The position numbers were made by a program, and so were the translations under genes. Below the pieces are notes generated by a model. It was not told the DNA's origin and ran no database searches. It worked only from the letters and a program-made list of their open reading frames with translations. A stretch of DNA of 64,000 nt from Octopus vulgaris (lineage: Eukaryota), in the NCBI GenBank assembly GCA_951406725.2, contig OX597815.1, positions 206,150,001-206,214,000 of the forward strand. The letters are read 5' to 3'. Of the stretch, positions 40,601 through 50,949 are shown one piece after another. Position 1 is the stretch's first letter. Each line of letters starts with the position of its first letter.

Positions 40601-40874
40601 TGTGGTGTGGTGTTGAAGGAGTGTGACGGAATGGGAAGGAGCGGAAGTGGGGCTTGCAGGTCTTGCAGGGCGCATGCGCCGGCGGAAGCGGAAGTGACAA
40701 GCAGAACGCACGTGCGGCATTGAGGAGTTGACACAGACTCGAGCAAGACACGACGACGACAAGACGTTAGCGAGTTGGCTAAAAGCGATCCGACTTCACC
40801 TCCGCAGGTAAGACCAAATTACACTTCTATTTCTTTCCTTGTTCTGTTATACTCCTTTCACCACACGTACTACA
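40601..40874 (+). repeat. 5' LTR (274 bp)
   Basis: TGTGGT...ACTACA; matches 44553-44679. Confidence 0.93.
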
Positions 40875-40886
40875 AGCTATTTCGGC
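40875..40886 (+). promoter_or_regulatory. Putative primer-binding site complementary to tRNA-Phe(GAA) nt 1-12
   Basis: AGCTATTTCGGC is the reverse complement of GCCGAAATAGCT, the conserved 5' end of animal cytosolic tRNA-Phe. It directly abuts the LTR CA. Confidence 0.7.
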
Positions 40887-40933
40887 AAAATAATCACTCG
40901 GTTTCGTAAAAATAGAAAATTATACAGACTGCT

Positions 40934-41677
40934 ATGATTTCACGCGACCCCATTACACCGTTTTGCGGCGACACCGATGTGGTCGCTTGGTTGAGGAGGG
41001 TAAAATTGGTGGCGAAGCTACACGGCATAGCTGACCTGGCTAGTTTTATGCCGTTGTATTTGGATGGCCCGGCGTTGGCGTTATATCTGGAGATGGAGGA
41101 GACGGACCAACTCAGCGCGGACAAGGTGGAGATCCGACTTATGGAGGCCTTCGCGGAAGGAATGTTTGAAGCGTACACTCGACTGGGTAGAATGAGGTGG
41201 ACAGGACAACAGGTGGATGTGTTCGCCGGTGAGCTTAGAAGGTTGGCTAAACTTGCGGGATATGAGGGAGAGTCGCTAGAACGCACGGTTAGGTTAGCGT
41301 TCGTGACCGGCTTTCCCGACATTATGTCGGTCGAGCTACAGAAGCTCCCGAACGTGCGTTCGATGCCGATGGCCGAGATCATATCGCGGGCACGTGTACT
41401 GGTGTCGTGCAGCAGGTTGACGTCGGTAGCAGCGACTGTAACGTCGAAAAGTGGCCCAGCTAGGAGCAACGGAGAGGGACTGGGGAAAGAACGCGTGCGA
41501 TCGTTCAAGGGACAGTGTTTCCGGTGCCAGGGCCCACACATGGTCCGTGACTGCGCGTCGCCCAAGCCTGAGGTGATTTGCTACCGGTGTCGAGAGCCGG
41601 GGCATGTGGCCAGCGAGTGTCTGCGGGGAAACGGACCGCGGGAGACTACTGCGCCGGTAGTTGTCTCTTTGGATTAG
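40934..41677 (+). CDS. gag: Gag with two zinc knuckles
   Basis: CFRCQGPHMVRDC and CYRCREPGHVASEC; ATG just downstream of the PBS. Confidence 0.88.
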   Translation: MISRDPITPFCGDTDVVAWLRRVKLVAKLHGIADLASFMPLYLDGPALALYLEMEETDQLSADKVEIRLMEAFAEGMFEAYTRLGRMRWTGQQVDVFAGELRRLAKLAGYEGESLERTVRLAFVTGFPDIMSVELQKLPNVRSMPMAEIISRARVLVSCSRLTSVAATVTSKSGPARSNGEGLGKERVRSFKGQCFRCQGPHMVRDCASPKPEVICYRCREPGHVASECLRGNGPRETTAPVVVSLD

Positions 41678-41687
41678 TAGCGGCGCG
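41626..41687 (+). promoter_or_regulatory. -1 ribosomal frameshift signal (G GGA AAC + H-type pseudoknot)
   Basis: Slippery heptamer in the gag frame, 7-nt spacer, stem 41640-41669. Loop GCGCCG is complementary to CGGCGC at 41681-41686. pol is in the -1 frame. Confidence 0.8.
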
Positions 41688-44516
41688 TTTCTCATCGTTA
41701 CCTGTGGTCGACATTCTGGTGAAGGGGAAGATGTCGCGAGCCCTGGTGGACACGGGCTGTACGACGACCCTGATGACCACAGAAGTGGAAGAGACGTGGA
41801 GTGGAGGAAGCAGTGTTAGGGCAGTCGACGGAAGAGAAGTGCACTGCGAAGGGGTTACGGATGCGCAGATTGTGGTGCAGGGACTGCAGCTGACGTTGCG
41901 AGCGATTGTGGTCGACGTGGTGATGGGGATGGATGCGATCACCCGTTTGGGAGGTGTCACCGTCAACGAGGCTGGCGTAACGTTTGGGCTAGCAGGGAAG
42001 CCGTGTAGGGCGAGACCACGCACCGACGACAACCGTGAGGAAATGGATGCGGCGCACACCATTGAAGACCAGGATTTTCGGGCTGTCTTTGATGGCGAGA
42101 GGTGGACAGTGGAGTGGCACTGGAAGGGAGAGCCCCCGATGTTAAAGAATAAAGTGGGCTGCTATCAGCATACTCTAAAAGGAGATGCCAGAAGTGAGTT
42201 CGAGGGGGAGGTGGAGCGGTGGATTAAGGAGGGCATACTGATCCCCTGGGAAAAAGAAGAGAGCGGAGTCCTGCCACTGATGGCGGTGATACAGCCCACA
42301 AAGCGTAAGGTCAGGCCAGTGCTCGACTTCCGAGAGCTGAATGACCACGTGTCGTGTCATACAGGCGGCGAGGCCACGGATGTCTGCGGAGACACCTTGC
42401 GAGAGTGGAGGCAGACGGCGGGGGCCTCCACGATTGTCGATTTAAAGTCGGCATACCTTCAGGTGCATGTGGCTGAGAAACTATGGAGGTACCAGCTCGT
42501 CAGGTATAGGGGCCGGACGTACTGTCTGACCAGGTTGGGATTCGGGCTGAATTCAGCGTCGAAGATTATGGCAACAATTCTCAAGGCCGTCCTGGGGAAG
42601 GTGGACAGAGTAAAAAGGGCCACCAATTCATACATCGACGACATTCTGGTGGATGAAACCGTGATACCAGCAACGGAGGTCATAGGCCACCTGAAGAGTT
42701 TTGGACTGATCGCCAAGCCGCCAGAGGCTATGGAGGGAGGTGCTGCACTGGGCCTCAAGCTATGGAGAGACAAAGCCGGCGCCTTGGTGTTCCGGCGAGG
42801 GAATGAGATCCCTGAACTGGGCGCCAGCATGAGTAGACGGGAACTGTTCTCTGTGTGTGGGAAACTGGTGGGACACTACCCGATTGCAGGCTGGCTCCGG
42901 ACAGCATGCAGCTTCATCAAGAGACGAGCCGAAGGAGTGAAGTGGAATGATAAAGTGGTGGAGAGGACGATCGACATGATGCAGGAAGTCTTGGTCAGAG
43001 TAGGAGCAGAGGACCCGGTGAGGGGCAGCTGGTATGTTCCCAAATCAAAGAGTGGGATCGTATGGTGTGACGCCAGTAGCATCGCAATAGGGGTCGTCTT
43101 GGAAGTGGGAGGTGTCACGGTGGAAGATGCAGCCTGGCTCAGGAAGATGGATGACTGCAATCACATCAACGTGGCGGAGTTTGAAGCCGTGCTGAAGGGG
43201 GTGAACCTAGCCTTGAAGTGGGGGTTGCACACCATAGAGATCAGGACTGATTCAGCCACTGTACTTGGTTGGGCGACAGCAGTCATCACCGATGAGCGGA
43301 GGGTGCGGACCAAAGGGGCTGCAGATATGCTGGTAAAGCGTCGATTAGGAATACTGCGTGAACTAACCACTGAGTTCAATCTGAAGCTGAGCGTGATCTT
43401 TGTGCCTTCCGAGAAGAACAGGGCAGACGTCCTGACCAGGGTTAAGCGAGCCTGGTTGCAAGTGCCAGAGGATGCGAAGCAGGATGTAGCTGCAGTATGC
43501 CATCTGAGCGACTCGGAGTTGCGGAGACTGCACACCATGCATCACATGGGTGTGGACAGGACGTTGTTCCTAGCCAGAAAAGTCGACTCCGACGTAACAA
43601 GACAGAGCGTGCGGAGAGTGGTTAGCAGTTGTGACAGGTGCCAGTCCATCGACCCTGCTCCGGTCGTGCATGAAGCGGGAAGTATTCCAGTGGACCAGGA
43701 CTGGAGACGACTGGCGGTGGACATAACACACTACCGGCAGGGGACATACCTCTCAATGGTTGACTGCGGACCGGGGCGGTTCGCCATATGGAGGGAGATG
43801 AGGTCGGGAACCGCAGAAGAAATTGCGAAAGTGTTGAATGAGATATTCCTGGAACGAGGCCCCGTGGATGAACTGCTTCTGGACAACGGCACTGCATTTC
43901 GCTCGGATGCGCTGAGAGAAATGCTTGATGAGTGGAAGGTCAACCGCTTCTTCAGGGCGGCATACCGGCCAAGTGGAAACGGGGTGGTGGAAAGGCATCA
44001 TCGTACCATCAAGGCCATGGCAGAGAGGGGTCACATTTCACCAGTCGAGGCCGTGTTTTGGTACAACATGTCGCCCAGATCAGGACAGGCTGAGGAGTCG
44101 GTGCCACACAGGGCAATATTCAGGTACGAGTGGAGGCATCCGTGTACTACATCAATGCGACCCGGGGCAGAGGAAGAGCACGCCTTCGTGCAGGTCGGGG
44201 AGGAAGTCTGGGTAAAACCCCCAAACGCACGGTGTACATCGCAATGGGGAAAGGGGACAATAACCTCCGTAAATTCAAAGAATAACATCTCGGTCGATGG
44301 TATGCCACGCCACGTTTTGGACATACGGAGGATAGTCCATGCCCCAGAGGATGGGACAAGCAACAGTGGGCAAGACGATAACAACAGACAGGATGACGAG
44401 GTCGGCAGCAACACGCCAGAAACAAGTCCTAGGTCGCACTGCGACCACAGAGGGAGCGGCACCCTCCTCCCTGGTTGGCTGACTATGAAACCAGTTTCAG
44501 GTGCGGGAGCGAGTGA
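41626..44516 (+). CDS. pol: Pol: aspartic protease, RT, RNase H, integrase (late frameshift near 44430)
   Basis: LVDTGC; PVLDFRELN, DLKSAYLQ, FGL, YIDD; WCDAS..HINVAE..RTDS..NRADVLTR; HxxHH..CDRC, AVDIT, LDNG, VERHH. The C-terminal RERHPPPWLADY motif lies in a shifted frame. Confidence 0.88.
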
Positions 44517-44552
44517 GGAAGCCGGTTCAATGATCTATAGATCAGGGGGGCG

Positions 44553-44679
44553 TGTGGTGTTGAAGGAGTGTGACGGAATGGGAAGGAGCGGAAGTGGGTC
44601 TTGCAGGTCTTGCAGGGCGCATGCGCCGGCGGAAGCGGAAGTGACAAGCAGAACGCACGTGCGGCATACACGTACTACA
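44553..44679 (+). repeat. 3' LTR (127 bp, internally deleted), preceded by a short G-rich PPT
   Basis: Equals the 5' LTR minus 40721-40862 and minus one TGTGG, with one substitution. AGGGGGG lies just upstream. Confidence 0.92.
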
Positions 44680-45077
44680 GAAGAGAACCACTTTACAACT
44701 TGCGAGGAGTTCACCCAGAGGTTAAGCTTAAGCTTGTTGACTAAACTAGGAATGTATTTGTCTAAAATGTACTTACTGATGGCGCCGATGTCAGAACTAG
44801 AAGGGCATATGAGCCTTAATGCTGGGTTGGTGTAGAAATTTGGTTTGTGGTCCTTAACGATGAATCTAGGTTGTTTAGGGCTAAGCAGCTGTGTTCTTAT
44901 TTGAATTCCATAATTAACCATTATTTTCTTAATCTCCAAGTTGACTTTTCTCAGTGTGTTCCTATTTGTGGTTCTATAGTTCTTCTGGATCTCTTTTCCG
45001 AGTAATTCTAAGTACTGGTTAATGGGTAACTTGTACGTGTTCCTTGTTTTGTCATATTGGACCAGGATTCCGTCTGA

Positions 45078-45290
45078 CCTGTTAATATCCTTAGTAATTT
45101 TCTCTAGGTATCTGAGGTGTTCATTCCTCGGGGTGACTTCCTGAATTTAATCCTCCTTACAATGCCCCATAAGTCATCCTCAAAATTCCTTGACTTATGG
45201 GGCATTGTAAGGAGGATTAAATTCAGGAAGTCACCCCGGAGGAATGAACACCTCAGATACCTAGAGAAAATTACTAAGGATATTAACAGG
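45078..45290. repeat. ~100-bp-arm fold-back at the 5' truncation of the Penelope element
   Basis: 45078-45176 is the reverse complement of 45191-45290; 14-nt loop. Confidence 0.95.
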
Positions 45291-45481
45291 GAATAAATAG
45301 CGAATATCAATTTAAAAAGACAATCGCTAAGTTATGCTATTAAATTAGACATAGCCTGGACCAATCTTTAGTCGAAACATATCTAAGTTTATCAAAGTTT
45401 ATCTAATTATTTATCTAATTTATGTATTGGCTTATGTTTTTTCACTGTTTGATTTGCCTAATAGTGGTTTTATCCCTAATT

Positions 45482-45504
<23 letters not shown>

Positions 45505-45512
<8 letters not shown>

Positions 45513-45656
45513 ACCACGGGTTTCTGCTTTCGTCTGCCAAATCCATTGACAAGGCACCCAATGCTATAGTAGATGACGCCCAAGATTCCATGCTGTGGGC
45601 CTGAACTGGAAGCCATGAGATTGTGAAGCGAGCTTCTTACCACACAACCACGCCTA
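45505..45656 (-). mobile_element. Diverged tRNA-derived SINE head
   Basis: Similar to 49140-49330; minus strand has TGGTTGTGTGG (A box) and GTTCAGGCC (B-box-like). Confidence 0.55.
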
Positions 45657-46112
45657 TAGATGAATATCTAACCTAGAATAAATAGCAATGTTCCCTGTCG
45701 GTCAAACTTGTCGATAGAGAATAAAACAACTTGAGTAGGGCGAACTATAGTTGAAGTCTATTAAACGGTTTTGCTCTGCTGTAAGTAACTGCTATTTCAA
45801 ACCATATAAACTGCAATATTTCGTCATAAATAATAAGTAATTTCAGAATAAATGCACACACAAAGAAATATGTCTTATAAAATAAACTTGGTAGTTTTTC
45901 AGGTGGTTGAGACTAGTGAAATAGGCTGACACAACAAAGAAAGTGGGTGTGAGTGTCAGATTGAGTATTTGAAGGGAAGCTCTATTAAAAGAGTTTGCTT
46001 CTCTGAAATTTAATCGTAATGACAGTGCAAAATTTTATCCAAGGATATGTCTATTTTTCTTTTAACATACCAACACACAAACGCACACACACAAATCCAC
46101 ATATATATATAT

Positions 46113-46330
46113 TCTTTTATTCTGTTAACTGCGACAATGCTGGAGCTCCGTCTTAAGGGGTTTTAGCCGAACAAATCGATCCTAGCATTGTTTCTGAATA
46201 AGCCTAGTATTATTCTGTCTTTTTTTCCAAACTACTTATTTTCGGTAAAGTAAAACCACCAGCATCGGTTGTAAAACAATGGTGGGGTGGGACAAACTCA
46301 GCCCCAATCACAGAAATACACACACAATCA
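46113..46330 (-). mobile_element. Diverged SINE 3' half
   Basis: Degenerate reverse complement of the ...CCAGCAT..GCAG..AATAAAAGA tail. Confidence 0.5.
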
Positions 46331-46654
46331 CATATAAAACGGTTTTATCTATATTCCATTACTAATGCATTTATATATACGTATACATATATGCCCATGT
46401 TTATTTTTAGTATTTTTACATCTCTAATATATCAATTGGTGTTTCAACTAAGACGATTTTTAATTTTATCTTAATTAAACACTCACATATATGTGTGTGT
46501 GTGTGTTCACCTTAGTTTACCTGATTTGAGCTCTTCCTATTGTACCCATTATATTTATCTGACGCCTCAGGTTTGAATTGAGCACTTCTACGAGGTCCGT
46601 ATGCTACGGAAGAAAATGGTAACAAGATATATCCAAATATATATATATATATGC

Positions 46655-46709
46655 ATATATTTATATATATACATATATAAATGCATGTACATATATACAC
46701 ACGCACACA

Positions 46710-46775
<66 letters not shown>

Positions 46776-46795
46776 CATGTGTATATACATACATT
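46655..46795. repeat. (TA)n microsatellite
   Basis: Seen directly. Confidence 0.9.
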
Positions 46796-46860
46796 TTCTG
46801 CTTGAATAGTCACATAACAAGTACAGACAGGGGGCAGATCTAATGTAGCTATAAGTCGTG

Positions 46861-47150
46861 ATTGGGCAGAATCTGGATGACGTCCCGCTATGCTTGACTA
46901 ACGAAGCGACTGGTCAAGACAGGAAACAAACAAGAGGGAGTTATAATGCAGCGATTGGTCAAAATAATGATGACGTCCCGTTCCACTTGATTAAAGCCAC
47001 CTAACGAAACTATTGGTCAAAACATTGATGACGTCACGCTACGCTAGATTGACCACCTAACAGGCATTATAAAACCGAGCATTTCACAAAAACTCACTAG
47101 AACCACCCAGCGAACTTCCACCATGGGTCATCACAATTGCTTAAGGTAAA
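46861..47150 (+). promoter_or_regulatory. Pol II promoter-like cassette: 3x (ATTGG + CRE), TATA, Inr, Kozak ATG
   Basis: ATTGG at 46861/46954/47012, each followed 17 nt later by TGACGTC. TATAAAA 47068, TCACT 47094, CCACCATGG with ATG at 47123. Confidence 0.55.
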
Positions 47151-47512
47151 AATGAATTCCTCGCTCTTTCGGAAACATCAATCTTCTGTATTGACCGCTT
47201 TCCACCACTTTGATCTGTTTTTTGTATTGAATACGTATCGCCACCGTGGGCCACTGCATCGAACACTTTGAACATATACTTCAAACTATATATCAACTAT
47301 ACATGAACTATATATCAACTATACATGAACTCTAAGATGTCTGACTCCGTTGTGTATTATAAATGAATTTCTTGTGTTTGACGGCATGAGCTGTCTCTTT
47401 TTATATATAACTTTTTTTGATAAGGTTCATTTCAGGAACTGAAACATGTTATAATGTATATATAAAAATTAAAAATTGTATAATACAGCGGCATTTTCGA
47501 ACTTCATTTTTT

Positions 47513-47568
<56 letters not shown>

Positions 47569-47675
47569 CCTCGGATCCCTAGTTATAATTATGTATAAGT
47601 TTCTGACTGAAGAATGAAGGCTTGAATGACTTGTTTGTCTTTTTGTTCGTCTCTTCGTGTATTTCACGTTATTTA

Positions 47676-48060
47676 TCTCTCTATATATAAACGGCAGTTT
47701 GTCTGTGCGTGTTTCTGTGTGTCTGTTTGCTTGTACCCTCACCCTGACCACGGCTTTCAACCGATTCTGATGAAACTTGACACATACATAGCCCAATGTC
47801 ATAATTCAAAACTAACGCAGCGAAAATTTTCAAAAGTTCCCCCAGTTCTGAAAAAAATCGATAAATTCGACATGGGGTCGAGAATCAGAAACGCAAACCG
47901 CAAACTGTCTAGGGGACGCAACTCCACCTTTTTTAACTAAAAAAAAAATTTACCATCATTTTTTTCCCATTTTTTTTGCTATTTTTTGGCTATAACTCTC
48001 TAAAAATGCTTTATAGTTATTTCCCTTACAAACCTGAGCAACGCCGGGCGATACTGCTAG
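47676..48060 (+). mobile_element. Non-autonomous Helitron: different 5' half, family-A 3' end
   Basis: A|TCTCTCTATATATAAA ... GAGCAACGCCGGGCGATACTGCTAG|T. Confidence 0.8.
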
Positions 48061-49139
48061 TTTATTTATATAAAGGTCTATTATATATTTCACAGCGTAC
48101 GTGCAAAATGACTTCCTTATGTTTATCATTTTAATACCCCTGCACGATGTCTCTAAACTATTTTCTTTCTTTCTCTCTCTCTCTCGGTCACTGTCCCCTC
48201 TCTCTCTCTTACCCCCTTTTCTCTCTCTTATCCTTTTTCAAACGCCGCCTCGTTTCCATCGGCCGCTTAAACTATTTTCTTTCCTTACACGTGTCCCTTC
48301 ACCGTAAAGGTAAATTTTTCCACGCTGTTGATATTATTATTTTTGTGTCTCTCTGTTTGTCTCAAAGCCGTATGGCGCCTGTGTCATTCATGTTTTTAAT
48401 CGTTACTGTCCCCAAAAAAGATTTTTTGTTTCCTGTTCGTCTCTGTTGCGTTTCATTCTTTCCTTCTGTGGCTGGCTGATTCAGAGCGGATCTCAGAATT
48501 AAACAGCCGAAATCTGCGATGAGGGATCAGTTTCTGACTGAAGAATGAAGGCTTGAATGACTTGTTTGTCTTTTTGTTCGTCTCTCAGGTGGCAAAAATG
48601 GAAAAAAATATGTGTAACAGGTGTAAGGCATCATATATTGAAGGAATATGACGAAAAAAAAGCGCGCTGAGAAACGGGGGGGGGAGGGGGCTCGGGAAAT
48701 TCCCACGATCAACCGTAGAGGATCCGAGCAATAAACCTCAACGCCCGGTCGCAGGCGCGCAACAGAAACCGTCTAAATACTTCTCATGCGATGTATATAC
48801 AACAAATATCGAGAAAGAAATGCGCGCTGACAAACGGGGGCGTGGGGAGGGGGCTCGGAAAATACCCACGATCAACCGTAGAGGATCCGAGCAATAAACC
48901 TCAACGCCCGGTCGCAGGCGCGCAACAGAAACTGTCTAAATACTTCTCATGCGATGTATATACAACAAATATCGAGAAAAAAATGCGCGCTGACAAACGG
49001 GGGCGTGGGGAGGGGGCTCGGAAAATACCCACGATCAACCGTAGAGGATCCGAGCAATAAACCTCAACGCCCGGTCGCAGGCGCGCAACAGAAACCGTCT
49101 AAATACTTCTCATGCAATGTATATACAACAAATATTGTT

Positions 49140-49330
49140 GGGTGGACAAACACACACACATATATATACACATATACGACGGGCTTCTTAAAGGTTCCGT
49201 CTACCAAACCCACTCACAAGGCTTTTGCTGGCTCGAGGCTATAGTAGAAGACACTTGACCAAGGTACCACGCAGTGGGACTGAACCCGGAACCATGTGGT
49301 TGGTGAGGAAGCTACTTACCACACAGCCAT
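49140..49330 (-). mobile_element. tRNA-derived SINE head
   Basis: Minus strand: TGGCTGTGTGG (A box), GGTTCAGTCCC (B box), then CCTTGGTCAAGTGTCTT. Confidence 0.75.
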
Positions 49331-49593
49331 CCACTCTTTCTCGAACACATCTCTTCTAAACCCTGCCAACGCTGTTTCCCCGAACACACTTCTCGACAAA
49401 ACTCATATTTTTTTGTAACTTTCAAATAAAATAATTAAAAAAAAACCTTAATTTCATATTGATGTGGGGAAAATACTCCGAAAGAAATATTTGCAGAAAG
49501 GTGAGTAGATTCATTACACAATTCATTTCATTGTGTTTAGTGAGATTTGGCTGTTATTTCTAGCATGAAAATAGCCGGCTTGAGGGGGATATA

Positions 49594-49953
49594 TCTTTAT
49601 ATATAAAAGTGAGGTTGTGTGCTATCTGTCTCCTACGATTTAGATTCCTAACTACTCCCACATTTTGCGGTGCAGTTTAACCGAAACCGGGTATCTTATA
49701 GTCGTGATTCATATCGAGCCCTACGATGCGTCTACGATTTAAAGAAAAATTTACCATCAATTTTCCCCATTTTTAACGCATTTTTGGCATAAGGGAAGTA
49801 ACTCTCTAAAAATGTATTATTAAATCTCAGAACGTAAAAAGCTACAGTAACAAAGCTTTGTGGTTAACCATATTGAGATGGCTTTACATCTCTAAAAATG
49901 CTTATATAGTTATTTCCCTTACAAACCCGAGCAACGCCGGGCGATACTGCTAG
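49594..49953 (+). mobile_element. Non-autonomous Helitron family A
   Basis: A|TCTTTATATATAAAAG ... CCCGAGCAACGCCGGGCGATACTGCTAG|T. Confidence 0.82.
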
Positions 49954-50200
49954 TCTATATATATATATTTTTTTATTTTACAAACAAAAAGTGAAAACTG
50001 AAGTAATGGAATTTAAATTTTTGAAGTTGCGATTGATAATTATTCTGTGACAATCAATAATATTGTGAAAATATAATCTGTACTTACCACATGTGTGGTA
50101 GATTTGCTGATTATTTTCAACAAATCTACCACGCTTCTATTTCAAATTCTTTAACGATGTCAGTTGTTGCAGCAGCCTCGTGGAAATTGGTCGAACATCT

Positions 50201-50560
50201 TTATTGCCCAGGATACAAATTCGCAGCTTGCAATAAAAATTCATGAATCCTTTTGGGAGCAGGGCGGAAAGCTTGCATGAATTGGTATCTAGCAACATAT
50301 TGTTTTAAGTAACACGGTTTAATTCCTGCCCTTATGACGTTTTTTTTTAAGCTCCCCCAAAATCTTTCGATTGTCTGTGTATGTATAGATGGGTTTGCTG
50401 GATCTACAAAATTCTGGCTGTGATTTACCTGAAAATGCGTGTAGCCTAAAGTATCTAACCTATTATATACGGGCCAACAATCACTATATACAGTTGAACC
50501 AGGGTGAATGTGGCGTCTAATTAATGGAATTAGTGTGGAAGAATCTCGCCTTAGAATTTC
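50201..50560 (-). pseudogene. ISXO2/Merlin-type DDE transposase C-terminal fragment
   Basis: TLIPLIRRHIHPGSTVYSDCW..Y..VNHSQNFVDP..HTQTIERFWG. Confidence 0.85.
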
Positions 50561-50949
50561 ACCACATTCCGACCGGCGTTGAGGTTTATTGCTCGGATCC
50601 TCTACGGTTGATCGTGGGTATTTTCCGAGCCCCCTCCCCACGCCCCCGTTTGTCAGCGCGCATTTTTTTCTCGATATTTGTTGTATATACATCGCATGAG
50701 AAGTATTTAGACGGTTTCTGTTGCGCGCCTGCGACCGGGCGTTGAGGTTTATTGCTCGGATCCTCTACGGTTGATCGTGGGAATTTTCCGAGCCGCCTCC
50801 CCACCCCGTTTCTCAGCGCGCTTTTTTTTCGTCATATTTCTTCAATATACGATGCCTTACACCTGTTACACATATTTTTTTCCATTTTTGCCACCTGGGC
50901 GTGGATCTATATATTAACCATATAGATATATCTATCTATATATATATAT

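Larger units (their letters stand above)
40601..44679 (+). mobile_element. Full-length LTR retrotransposon (PR-RT-RH-IN order, Ty3/gypsy-like) with 5-bp TSD GAAGA
   Basis: TG...CA LTRs; GAAGA at 40596-40600 and 44680-44684. Removing the element restores the Penelope frame (WFSSIP). Confidence 0.95.
38612..45290 (-). mobile_element. Penelope-like retroelement (Naiad-type RT + GIY-YIG), 5'-truncated, split by an LTR element
   Basis: Joined ORF reads FEDDL..DKTRNTY..KDHKPNF..RLICP..VVKWFSS|IPNK..QFDIANFYPSI..FDVPMGS..GLYRDD..FLDVTL..IYQC..YIG..CNLC..CPH*. The clade assignment is from recalled motifs. The 3'UTR probably extends below 38612. Confidence 0.88.
48586..50897 (-). mobile_element. Merlin/IS1595-like DNA transposon remnant with long, internally repeated terminal inverted repeats
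   Basis: 48586-~49135 and ~50575-50897 are inverted copies containing 163-bp tandem units, with a transposase fragment between them. No TSD seen. Confidence 0.6.

Noticed and set aside
40601-40762. N-terminus of the 716-aa ORF (MSSSCLARV...) and C-terminal tail of the 1085-aa ORF
   Set aside because: Read-through into LTR or antisense Penelope sequence, not real protein.
44522-44543. CCGGTTCAAT and GATCTATAGATC near the PPT resemble sense tRNA-Phe segments
   Set aside because: Short, imperfect and in swapped order; could be chance, so not counted as a bipartite PBS.
38612-45176. Selenocysteine (in-frame UGA) recoding, described for some Naiad elements
   Set aside because: No in-frame UGA in the parts of either element that I translated; Cys positions use TGY.
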